Shown here piece by piece: positions 1-7,557 of a stretch of DNA of 42,444 nucleotides. Source of the DNA: Croceibacterium sp. GTDB taxonomy: Bacteria; Pseudomonadota; Alphaproteobacteria; Sphingomonadales; Sphingomonadaceae. Location: the NCBI GenBank assembly GCA_036519255.1, contig DATDLP010000013.1:1-42444 (forward strand), given 5' to 3'. The position numbers and the translations under genes were made by a program. Under the pieces are notes generated by a model. It worked only from the letters and a program-made list of their open reading frames with translations. It was not told the DNA's origin and made no database searches. Every line of letters begins with the position of its first letter. Positions within the stretch are counted from its first letter, which is position 1.

Positions 1-2
1 GC

Positions 3-1457
3 GGCCAGGAATCCGCCCATGTGCTGATCCCGTCGGACAACACGGTCTCGACCTTCTGGATCACCAATCCGGACAATGTGTATCGCGACAACGTCGCGGC
101 CGGTTCCGACCAGATCGGCTTCTGGATGGCCTTCCCGACGCATCCGACAGGCCAGTTCGAAGGCACCGAAATCAGCGCCAGAACCTGGCCCGGACGGACC
201 AGGCTGCGCGACTTCAGCGGCAACACCGCGCACTCCAACTTCGACGGGCTGATGCTCGACCGCGGCCCCCGGCCCGACGGCAAGTTCGGCATCGCCGGCC
301 CCAACCTGATCAGCTACGCCGATCCGGCCGACACCGGCAGCGGGGTGGTAGCATCGGTGTTCGACAACTTCACCGGCTACAAGAACCGCAACGGCGCCAT
401 CTGGGGCCGCGGCGAGATGCACCTCTACACCAACCTGAAGCTGGCCGATAACGCGATCGGCTTCACCCATGCGTCGGGCTCTCCCGGTCTCGCGCCCTAC
501 ACCTCGCGCGTGGTGGACTCGCTGTTCGTCGGCGAGAGCGACAACATCGGCAATCCGACGACGCCCGAGGAGATCGCCTACGGCCGCAGCCTGCCGGCCG
601 CAGCCGCCGATTTCCCGATCCGCGGCTATGAGTTCTACGACTTCCATCATGAAGTGGAGAACACCACGTTCGTGAACTACCAGCCCAACGCGCTGCGCGA
701 TGCGGGCGGGCTGTCCTACCTCCTCTACACCAGCTTCGGGATGAGCACCTCGAACTGGGTCAAGGGCGCGACGTTCGTCAACGCCCAGCCGGTCAGCTTC
801 CCGCCGCTCCAGCGCCGCTGGGCGTCCGACTGGGGCCGCAGCGCCGCCTACAAGAGCGCGGCGTTCCGCGATCTGGACGGCTCGGTCAGCGGCACTCCCG
901 GCGCCACCATCGTCCTCGACAACGGCATCGCGGCGCAGGAAGGCGCCTGCGACATGAAGCCGAGCTGGAATGCCGCGATCTGCCAGGGCGACATGGGCCG
1001 CTTCAGCATCGCTGGCAATTTCAGCGGATTCCAGGCAGGCCCGATCACCGATCCGATCATCCTCCAGCGCAACGGCCGGCGGTTCGAGTACACCGGGGAA
1101 CTGACGCTCGGCAGCGGCGCCGAGGTCAGGGTCGAGACGAGCCGGGACGCGCTGACGCTGTCGCTCACCGAAATGGACGACGGTTCGTCGGTTATTTTCG
1201 AGTTTCCCGGCTTCACCGCCGCCGCCGGGGCCGCGCAGGCGTCGAGCCTGGCCGAGCTGCGCGAAGCCCGTCGGACCTCCTTTTACAGCGAGAACGGCAC
1301 GCTGTGGGCCAAGCTCGTGGTCGACAATGCTGCCGGCCTGCAGCTTTCGCCCGCGGCCGGGGGCAACGCTCCTCCGGGTTTCGCTGCCCGCGCCTTACCC
1401 GTGGGAGCCAAGATCGACGTCAGCAGGCCGGACGCCGCGACCGGCCTCGGCGGCTGA
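3..1457 (+). CDS. G8-domain / CEMIP(KIAA1199)-TMEM2-like beta-helix protein, C-terminal part (5'-truncated by the window)
   Basis: Frame open from the window edge. Motifs STFWITNPDNVYRDNVAAGS, FSGNTAHSN, YKNRNGAIWGRG, ADNAIGFTHAS and FPIRGYEFYD match the CEMIP/TMEM2 repeat core. Confidence 0.75.
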   Translation, partial: GQESAHVLIPSDNTVSTFWITNPDNVYRDNVAAGSDQIGFWMAFPTHPTGQFEGTEISARTWPGRTRLRDFSGNTAHSNFDGLMLDRGPRPDGKFGIAGPNLISYADPADTGSGVVASVFDNFTGYKNRNGAIWGRGEMHLYTNLKLADNAIGFTHASGSPGLAPYTSRVVDSLFVGESDNIGNPTTPEEIAYGRSLPAAAADFPIRGYEFYDFHHEVENTTFVNYQPNALRDAGGLSYLLYTSFGMSTSNWVKGATFVNAQPVSFPPLQRRWASDWGRSAAYKSAAFRDLDGSVSGTPGATIVLDNGIAAQEGACDMKPSWNAAICQGDMGRFSIAGNFSGFQAGPITDPIILQRNGRRFEYTGELTLGSGAEVRVETSRDALTLSLTEMDDGSSVIFEFPGFTAAAGAAQASSLAELREARRTSFYSENGTLWAKLVVDNAAGLQLSPAAGGNAPPGFAARALPVGAKIDVSRPDAATGLGG

Positions 1458-1466
1458 CGTGACCGG

Positions 1467-1493
1467 AACCCCCGGCGCAAGGCGGGGGTTTTC
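1467..1493 (+). terminator. Probable intrinsic terminator
   Basis: AACCCCCG ... CGGGGGTT stem followed by TTC, 10 nt after the stop at 1457. Confidence 0.65.
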
Positions 1494-1524
1494 GTTGGCG
1501 GCCCTGCCGTGCATTCGGAGCCTC

Positions 1525-1668
1525 ATGCGCGCCCGCGCGACGAGCTGCCTGTTCGCCGGCGGAGGGGCGCTGCTGCGAGCGGCGCTCGAGGCCGAGCGCT
1601 TGCTCGCGCGGCCGCCCATCGTGAAGGTCGCGCCGCTGCGGGCGCTCTCGCGGCTCGTGGCCGACTGA
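1525..1668 (+). CDS. Possible small hypothetical protein (47 aa, MRARATSCLF...LSRLVAD)
   Basis: GGAG just upstream of the ATG at 1525; nearly all codons end in G/C; fills an otherwise empty gap. No family recognised. Confidence 0.3.
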   Translation: MRARATSCLFAGGGALLRAALEAERLLARPPIVKVAPLRALSRLVAD

Positions 1669-1687
1669 GGCGACCGGCCGGCCTGCG

Positions 1688-2170
1688 TCACAGGCCGCCG
1701 AGAAGGTCCTGCAGCAGCTTCGCCAGCTCGCCATCGGCGGCCAGCTCTTCGTCACGGCAAATCTGCACGCTCGCTTCGAGGTCGGTTCGTCCGATGGCCC
1801 TGGCCAGGCCCGCGGCCGTCTCGTAGCTCACCCGCTCGGATTGCTTCGCTTTGCGGAAGGCGCCCACGAGCGCGATGTCCCTTAGCGGGCCCGGCACTAT
1901 CGTCTCATAATCGCGCGCCGCGTCGTCGAGCTCGGCGCGCAGCCAGATGTTCGGAGCATCAGTGGCCGGGGCGTCGAGCGTGTCGAGAATATCCTTCAGC
2001 CTGGCTGCCTGCGCACTCGCGCGTCGGCGCTCTTCGGAAAGGTACGCGGCCAGACCCGGCGATATGTCCGCCTCGAACGAGGGCGCTCGCTCGATCACCG
2101 CCTGCTCTGCGTCATAGAGATCCTGCAGGGCGACGATAAATAGCTGCTCCGCTGTGCCGGTCTTGGGCAT
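1688..2170 (-). CDS. DUF892 / YciF ferritin-like stress protein
   Basis: LFIVALQDLYDAEQ and RDIALVGAFRKAKQSERVSYETA...DEELAAD pattern of YciF/DUF892. Start taken at ATG 2170 after AGAGAG. Confidence 0.75.
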   Translation of the reverse strand: MPKTGTAEQLFIVALQDLYDAEQAVIERAPSFEADISPGLAAYLSEERRRASAQAARLKDILDTLDAPATDAPNIWLRAELDDAARDYETIVPGPLRDIALVGAFRKAKQSERVSYETAAGLARAIGRTDLEASVQICRDEELAADGELAKLLQDLLGGL

Positions 2171-2204
2171 CTCTCTGAAAACACCTGCCATTTCGCTCGC
2201 AGTT

Positions 2205-2231
2205 GGAACTTCGACCAGCCCTGGTCGTTCC
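2205..2231. promoter_or_regulatory. Bidirectional sigma-EcfG (general stress response)-type promoter
   Basis: GGAAC-N17-GTTCC. Reads GGAAC-N16-CGTT on + and GGAAC-N16-AGTT on -, between divergent genes. Confidence 0.75.
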
Positions 2232-2259
2232 CGCGGCAAGATTCGGAGCTTGCCATCCC

Positions 2260-2940
2260 ATGCTTGTAAGTGAGGAAACCGCCCTCAGGGGCCGCGAGGA
2301 ACTGCTGGCCGCGATCGCCGACGAGCGTTTCCCCTGCGTGGGCGCGAAGTCGGCGATGGCGCGCGGCACGCTGCGGGCGCTGGTCGGCCATTCGATCGAG
2401 AGCGCGTGGGACGATGTGAAGATCCACTCCGAGCTGCTCGAGTGGGCCAACGCCTATCGGCGCGATCCCGGTGGGCTGCGCAGCCTGGCGATCGTGTTCG
2501 AAGGCCCACGCGACCTGAGCGAGGAACAGTTCGAAGCCGCGATGTGGGCACGCCTGCAGTCGTTGGCGAACAAGGACGAATGGCGCGGCCAGCCGTACGA
2601 CCGCAGCGTGAGCGCGGATCCCGCCGACCCGCATTTCTCGCTGAGCTTCGGCGGCGAGGCGTTCTTCGTCGTCGGGCTTCATCCGCACGCCTCGCGCCCT
2701 GCGCGCCGTTTCCCGCGACCCACGCTCGTGTTCAACCTGCACGACCAGTTCGAGCGCCTGCGCGAGGAAGGGCGCTACGAGCGGATGCGCGAACGCATCA
2801 TCGAACGCGACATCGCGCTGGCGGGCGACGCGAACCCGATGCTGGCGCGGCACGGCGAGACAAGCGAAGCGCGCCAGTACAGCGGCCGTGCAGTCGGCGA
2901 TGACTGGCAATGCCCGTTTCGCGATCCACGCGCGGCGTGA
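2260..2940 (+). CDS. YqcI/YcgG family protein (GntA/DcsA-like heme-dependent guanidine N-hydroxylase homolog)
   Basis: FPCVGAKSA, FEAAMWARLQSL, PHFSLSFGGEAFFVVGLHPHASRPARRF, LVFNLHDQFERLR and EARQYSGR motifs. ATG 2260 follows GGAG. Confidence 0.85.
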   Translation: MLVSEETALRGREELLAAIADERFPCVGAKSAMARGTLRALVGHSIESAWDDVKIHSELLEWANAYRRDPGGLRSLAIVFEGPRDLSEEQFEAAMWARLQSLANKDEWRGQPYDRSVSADPADPHFSLSFGGEAFFVVGLHPHASRPARRFPRPTLVFNLHDQFERLREEGRYERMRERIIERDIALAGDANPMLARHGETSEARQYSGRAVGDDWQCPFRDPRAA

Positions 2941-3548
2941 CCGCCCCCGTGAACGTGCGCGAGATCAAGCCGCGCAGCGGAGTCGCCTTTCGCCTGCGGC
3001 AGGGGGAAAACCTGCGGGTCATCGACCCCCAGGGGGTGCAGGTGGCCGACCTGCTCGCGTACAACGCGGCGGACGTGCGCGAGGCGATCTCGAACGGGCG
3101 AACCTTCGACTACGAGGAGACCATTGCGCTGACCACCGGCAACCGGTTGTGGTCGAACCGCTCCAACCCGATGCTCGCGATCGTCGACGACACGGCCGGG
3201 CGGCACGATTTCCTGCTCACGCCGTGCAGCGAGGCGACTTTCCGGCATTTCTATCCCGACCAGCCTGTCCACCGGGGCTGCTTCGGCAACCTGGCCGAAG
3301 CGCTCGCACCTTTCGGCATCGCGCCGGACATGATCCCGTGCGCGTTCAATGTGTTCATGAACGTGCAGGTCGGGCCCCACGGGCGGGTGTCGGTGCAGCC
3401 GCCGACCAGCCGGGCGGGCGACTCGATTGTCCTGCGAGCGGAGATGGATCTGATCATCGGCCTTACGGCGTGCTCGGCCTATGCGTCCAATGGCGGCAGC
3501 TTCAAGCCGATCCACTATGCGATAGAGATCGGCCGCTCCGACGCCTGA
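2937..3548 (+). CDS. DUF1989 / urea carboxylase-associated family protein (CgdA/B-like)
   Basis: LRVIDPQGVQVADL, LWSNRSNPMLAIVDD, HDFLLTPCS, HRGCFGNL, FNVFMNV and LTACSA motifs. GTG overlaps the upstream TGA (GTGA). Confidence 0.85.
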   Translation: MTAPVNVREIKPRSGVAFRLRQGENLRVIDPQGVQVADLLAYNAADVREAISNGRTFDYEETIALTTGNRLWSNRSNPMLAIVDDTAGRHDFLLTPCSEATFRHFYPDQPVHRGCFGNLAEALAPFGIAPDMIPCAFNVFMNVQVGPHGRVSVQPPTSRAGDSIVLRAEMDLIIGLTACSAYASNGGSFKPIHYAIEIGRSDA

Positions 3549-3590
3549 GTGTCACGGCGGCGCAAACGTGTTGATCAGGGTTAGGATGGC

Positions 3591-3614
3591 GGAACTCCCA
3601 CCTCTTATCCCGTT
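3591..3614 (+). promoter_or_regulatory. Putative sigma-EcfG-type promoter
   Basis: GGAAC-N15-CGTT (1 nt shorter than the usual spacing), about 40 nt before ATG 3656. Confidence 0.5.
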
Positions 3615-3655
3615 GTCCTTCTGCCACGCTTGGTGGTTTGGAAGAGGACAACTCC

Positions 3656-3922
3656 ATGAACCAGAACAACCAGTCCGGCGGACAGAGCGGCGATCGCCAG
3701 CAGAATCAGCAGGACGGCGCCGGCCAACAAGGCCAGCAAGGAACCCAGCCCGGCCAGCAGGGCCAGCAGGGAACCCAGCCCGGCCAGCAGGGCGAGAACC
3801 GCGACAGCGAAGACCAGCAGAACCAGCAAGGCGGCTCGGCCGGCCAGCAGGACGGATCGGGCGACCAGCAAAGCGGCGGCGACCGTGGCGGGCAAAGCCA
3901 GCGGCCCGACGAGAACCGCTGA
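3656..3922 (+). CDS. Small Gln/Gly-rich hydrophilic (hydrophilin-like) protein, 88 aa
   Basis: GAGGA RBS and ATG 3656; MNQNNQSGGQSGDRQQ... contains essentially no hydrophobic residues; flanked by a promoter and a hairpin. Confidence 0.7.
   Translation: MNQNNQSGGQSGDRQQNQQDGAGQQGQQGTQPGQQGQQGTQPGQQGENRDSEDQQNQQGGSAGQQDGSGDQQSGGDRGGQSQRPDENR
3721..3793 (+). repeat. In-frame 30-nt tandem repeat (~2.4 copies, GQQGQQGTQP)
   Basis: cggccaacaaggccagcaaggaacccagcc / cggccagcagggccagcagggaacccagcc / cggccagcagggc. Confidence 0.9.
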
Positions 3923-3931
3923 TCACTCCGG

Positions 3932-3955
3932 GGGGCCGCTTCGGCGGCCCCTCTT
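3932..3955 (+). terminator. Hairpin with C(UUCG)G tetraloop, probable terminator
   Basis: GGGGCCGC-TTCG-GCGGCCCC followed by TCTT, just after the stop at 3922. Confidence 0.65.
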
Positions 3956-3987
3956 CGGCGACCGAACCTCCCCATCGACCGACACAT

Positions 3988-4161
3988 ATGGCACAGCAAC
4001 CACCATCTCCAGCCCCCGACGCCCGCGTGCGCAAACTCGCTGCGCGATATGGCCTGCCCGAGGACAAGGTCCGCCAGTTGCTCAACGGGGAGGAGCGGGA
4101 TGAAGACGGGTTGGCGGACGCGCTGACGAGTCTTGCGCACTTCCTGCGCGCGCCATCGTGA
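3988..4161 (+). CDS. Small hypothetical protein (57 aa)
   Basis: ATG 3988; helical-looking RVRKLAARYGLPEDKVRQLL; fills the gap before convergent genes. No clear RBS. Confidence 0.5.
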   Translation: MAQQPPSPAPDARVRKLAARYGLPEDKVRQLLNGEERDEDGLADALTSLAHFLRAPS

Positions 4162-4200
4162 CTTTCGCGGGGATCGGCTAGAAGCCGGCAGAACGCCGGT

Positions 4201-4377
4201 CTACTTGCGGTCGCCCCGGTCTCCCTGCCCCGGCTTGCTCGTGTTCATGGCCGCGCGCTTGCGGTCCTGGCTTAGCGAGCGGCCGACGTCCTCGACCTCG
4301 TCGAACCGCCCCTGGTGGTCGCGCCGGACGTAGCGCTTGTCGTTGCCGGTATCGATCAGTTCGCGTTTTCCGCTCAC
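4201..4377 (-). CDS. Small conserved hydrophilic protein (ELIDTGNDKRYVRRD...GQGDRGD type), 58 aa
   Basis: GTG start overlaps the SDR stop (GTGA). Resembles a conserved small stress-associated protein of proteobacteria. Confidence 0.7.
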   Translation of the reverse strand: MSGKRELIDTGNDKRYVRRDHQGRFDEVEDVGRSLSQDRKRAAMNTSKPGQGDRGDRK

Positions 4378-5177
4378 TGCGCCTGCTCCTCCCTGGATTT
4401 GTCCTCGGCCGAGCCGGGCTCGGCCTGTTTGCGGTGCATTCCGGCCGCCACGCCGCCGCCGGCGATCTTCGCGCCGGCGACCTGCAGCTTGTTGAGCAGC
4501 CCGTGCACCACGCTGCGCTCGCCGGAGAGCATCGCCTCCCACCCGGTGCGGGCGACGGCGGCGGGATCATCCTTCTTGGCCTGCCCCACCTTGGTGTCGA
4601 GCATGTCGGCACGCGCGAAGAACTCGGTGTCGGTCGCCCCGGGCTTGAGGCAGGTCACGGTCACGCCGCTGTCCTTGAGCTCGTTGCCGAGCGCATCGGA
4701 GAAGCTGTCCACGAACGCCTTGGTGCCGTTGTAGACCGCCTGGAACGACCCGGCGATGTGGCCGGCGATCGATCCCGTCAAAAGAACGCGCCCTTCGCCG
4801 CGCGCGGCCATCCGCCGCACGATCGGCTGCAGCAGGAGCAAGGTGCCGGTCACGTTGGAATCGATGACGTGGCGCCAGTCTTTGGGATCCTGCTCGAGAA
4901 ACGCATGTCCCAGCCCGTGCCCGGCGTTAGCCACCAGCACGTCTACCGGCCGCTCGCCGACCAACCCGAGCAGGCACGCGACGCCCTCGTCGGTTGCGAG
5001 ATCGGCCTGGATCGATCCGACCTCGACCGCGAAGCCGGACAGCGCGGCCATCGCTTCATCGAAGCTGCGATCGGCTGCCAGCAGCAGATCGAATCCGTCC
5101 GCTGCAGCGAGCTTGGCCAACTCGAGGCCGATGCCGCTGGAGGCTCCGGTGATCACCGCAAATTTTCGTTGGGTCAT
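4374..5177 (-). CDS. SDR family NAD(P)-dependent oxidoreductase
   Basis: TGASSGIG Rossmann motif, VANAG, YNGTK (YxxxK), PGATDTEF. Confidence 0.92.
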   Translation of the reverse strand: MTQRKFAVITGASSGIGLELAKLAAADGFDLLLAADRSFDEAMAALSGFAVEVGSIQADLATDEGVACLLGLVGERPVDVLVANAGHGLGHAFLEQDPKDWRHVIDSNVTGTLLLLQPIVRRMAARGEGRVLLTGSIAGHIAGSFQAVYNGTKAFVDSFSDALGNELKDSGVTVTCLKPGATDTEFFARADMLDTKVGQAKKDDPAAVARTGWEAMLSGERSVVHGLLNKLQVAGAKIAGGGVAAGMHRKQAEPGSAEDKSREEQAQ

Positions 5178-5204
5178 GGCTGCTCCATTCGTTCTCGCAA
5201 TAGC

Positions 5205-6407
5205 TCAGGCAGCCAGCCGCTGCGCTTCGGCCATCCCGGGCTTGAGGACGATCTTGGTGTAGGTGTCCTGCTCGTCGTGGAATTTCCGGTAGCCTTCCGG
5301 CCCCGTCTCGAGCGGCATCCGGTGGCTGATCAGGAAGGTTGAATCGATCTGCCCTGCGGCGATCGCGGTGTAGAGCGGCTCGACGTAGCGGTGCACGTGG
5401 GTCTGCCCCGTCCGCAAGGTCAGCCCTTTCTGCATGAACGCGCCGAGCGGGAACTTGTCGACGAACCCGCCATAGACGCCCGGCATCGACACCCGCCCGC
5501 CCTTGCGCGTCGCCATGATCACCTGGCGGATCACGTGCGCGCGGTCAGTGCCCATGAAGGTCGAGACCTTGATCTGGTCGATCACGTTGTCGGCGAAGGC
5601 GCCGTGCGCCTCCATACCGACACAATCGATCGAGGCGTCGGGCCCGATCCCGCCGGTCATGTCCTGCAGCGCCTCGTAGACCTTCGACTGCTCGAAGTTG
5701 ATCGTCTCCGCGCCGAACTTCTTCGCGAGCTCGAGCCGGTGCGGAAAATGATCGATCGCGATCACCCGCTCGGCCCCCATCAGGAACGCGGATTGCACCG
5801 CGAACAGCCCGACCGGGCCGCATCCCCATACCGCCACGGTGTCGCCGCGCTCGATCTGGGCATTTTCCGCACCCATCCAGCCGGTCGGCAGGATATCGGT
5901 CAGGAACAACACCTTCTCGTCCTCGACGCTGTCATCGGGGATCACGAACGGGCCGAAGTCGGAGAACGGCACGCGCACGTATTCCGCCTGCCCGCCCGAA
6001 TAGCCGCCGGTCATGTGGCTGTAGCCGAACGCCGCGGTCATCGGCTGGCCGTAAAGCTCCCGCGTGACGTCCTGCTTGTCGGCGGGGTTGCCGTTCTCGC
6101 AGCCCGAGAAATCGCTCTTCTCACAGTGGTAGCAATGCCCGCAGGCGATGTGGAACGGCACGACCACGCGCTGGCCCTTCCTGAGCGTGCTCGCGCTGCC
6201 GATCTCTACCACCTCGCCCATGAATTCGTGGCCGAGGACGTCGCCGGGCTTCATCCCCGGGATGTAGCCATCGTAGAGGTGCAGGTCGGAGCCACAGATC
6301 GCGGTCGAGGTAATGCGGATGATCGCGTCGCGCGGGTTGAGGATCTCAGGATCGTCGACGCTCTCGCAGCGGACATCGTGCTTGCCGTGCCAGGTGATCG
6401 CTTTCAT
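5205..6407 (-). CDS. Zinc-dependent alcohol dehydrogenase (YbdR / formaldehyde dehydrogenase-like)
   Basis: ICGSDLH, GHEFMGEV, structural Zn ligands CGHCYHC...C, GGQAEYVRVP and GCGPVG. Confidence 0.92.
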   Translation of the reverse strand: MKAITWHGKHDVRCESVDDPEILNPRDAIIRITSTAICGSDLHLYDGYIPGMKPGDVLGHEFMGEVVEIGSASTLRKGQRVVVPFHIACGHCYHCEKSDFSGCENGNPADKQDVTRELYGQPMTAAFGYSHMTGGYSGGQAEYVRVPFSDFGPFVIPDDSVEDEKVLFLTDILPTGWMGAENAQIERGDTVAVWGCGPVGLFAVQSAFLMGAERVIAIDHFPHRLELAKKFGAETINFEQSKVYEALQDMTGGIGPDASIDCVGMEAHGAFADNVIDQIKVSTFMGTDRAHVIRQVIMATRKGGRVSMPGVYGGFVDKFPLGAFMQKGLTLRTGQTHVHRYVEPLYTAIAAGQIDSTFLISHRMPLETGPEGYRKFHDEQDTYTKIVLKPGMAEAQRLAA

Positions 6408-7006
6408 GCCTGCTGCTCCGTCTCGATGGTTTCGTACTGCTCCTCGTTACGCTCCTCTCGCTGGCGCTGGTTGCGCGCAGAGGTGGCGATCTCGCCGGCT
6501 TCCATCAGTTGCTTGAAGCGGTGCAGGTCGCGCCGCGTCTGGATGCGCGGCTCGCGCTGGAACAGCTTGGCGATCATCCGCCCGACGGCGCCGCCCGGCG
6601 GATCGTAGGCGATCACCGCGCGCACCACCGTGCCGCGCGCGCCGGCGTCGCGGAACTCGATCCGGCCGCTGTTGGCCACGTCCGCCCCCTCGGCCGACTG
6701 CCAAGTGATTTCGCAGCCTGGGACCTCCTTGGTGATGACCGATTCCCAGCTCACCTCGTTCCCCGCCGGCGCCTTGACCGTCCAGCGCGACCGGTCGGGC
6801 CCGAGCGGCTCGATCGCGACCACGTTCTCCATCACCTGGACCAGGTTTTCCGGGTCGCGCCAGAAGGCGTACAGCTCCTCCGCAGAGCGGTTGATCGTCA
6901 CGCTTTCCGCCAGCAGCGCACGGTCGGCATCGAGGTCCTTGGCCGCGGTCGGCGGCGCGTCGTCGCGCACCTCCGCGGGGTCCTGGAATTGTTCCTGTTG
7001 CTGCAT
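6404..7006 (-). CDS. SRPBCC / polyketide cyclase family protein
   Basis: SVTINRSAEELYAFWRD, SRWTVKAPAG, NSGRIEFRDA and DLHRFKQLMEAGEIAT. ATGA coupling to the ADH. Confidence 0.88.
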   Translation of the reverse strand: MQQQEQFQDPAEVRDDAPPTAAKDLDADRALLAESVTINRSAEELYAFWRDPENLVQVMENVVAIEPLGPDRSRWTVKAPAGNEVSWESVITKEVPGCEITWQSAEGADVANSGRIEFRDAGARGTVVRAVIAYDPPGGAVGRMIAKLFQREPRIQTRRDLHRFKQLMEAGEIATSARNQRQREERNEEQYETIETEQQA

Positions 7007-7043
7007 GGGAGCGATCCTTCGAGACGATGGGCGTACAGAACCG

Positions 7044-7068
7044 AACCTCGCTTGTCGGGGGACGTTCC
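7044..7068 (-). promoter_or_regulatory. Sigma-EcfG-type promoter of the SRPBCC-ADH-SDR operon
   Basis: Minus strand reads GGAAC-N17-GTT, 38 nt upstream of ATG 7006. Confidence 0.7.
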
Positions 7069-7122
7069 AAACCTAACCTGGGTGGGTCGCGGCGAAGAGC
7101 CGCGCAAACAACGGCTTGGCAA

Positions 7123-7149
7123 ACTGTGCATACATGATACATACACAGT
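7123..7149. promoter_or_regulatory. Putative YtrA/GntR operator
   Basis: AT-rich inverted repeat ACTGTG-N15-CACAGT with TACA repeats, directly abutting the GntR ATG. Confidence 0.55.
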
Positions 7150-7557
7150 ATGCCAAGTGAGTCGCCGCATCTGCAATTCGGGCCGATATCGAGCGCGGCC
7201 GAGGGTCCGCTCTACGAGCAGATCGTGGCGGCGGTCGCGCGCGAGATCGCGGGCGGGCGGCTCTGGCCGGGCGACGCGCTTCCGTCGGTGCGCAATCTGG
7301 CCGCGGAACTGCTGGTCAGCGTTATCACCGTCAAGCGGGCCTATTCAGAGCTCGAACGCGCCGGCGTGATCTACACGCGCCAGGGTGTCGGGGCATTCGT
7401 CGCGCCCGAGGCCAGGACGCTGATGGGGAAGGACGTGCTCGCCGATGTGCGAACGGCGTTGCGGCAGGCGATCGTTGCCGCGCGCCAGGCGCATCTCGCC
7501 GACCCGCAACTGTTCCAGTTGCTGCGCGACCTGCTCAAGGAGGACATCGCTCAATGA
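7150..7557 (+). CDS. GntR family transcriptional regulator, YtrA subfamily
   Basis: PLYEQIV...LPSVRNLAAELLVSVITVKRAYSELERAG...GVGAFV; short C-terminal helix; ABC ATPase immediately downstream. Confidence 0.9.
   Translation: MPSESPHLQFGPISSAAEGPLYEQIVAAVAREIAGGRLWPGDALPSVRNLAAELLVSVITVKRAYSELERAGVIYTRQGVGAFVAPEARTLMGKDVLADVRTALRQAIVAARQAHLADPQLFQLLRDLLKEDIAQ

Noticed and set aside
1395-1691. 98-aa minus-strand ORF coupled to the DUF892 stop
   Set aside because: It runs through the terminator into the upstream gene and has a low-complexity S/A/R composition; the plus-strand frame has better codon bias.
2171-2259. Guanidine riboswitch upstream of the YqcI-DUF1989 pair
   Set aside because: No paired ACGR-loop hairpins or ykkC-like core are visible, and the short gap is taken up by the EcfG-type palindrome.
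3721-3793. 30-nt repeats as a possible CRISPR array
   Set aside because: The repeats are directly adjacent, have no spacers and are in frame within a CDS; no cas genes.
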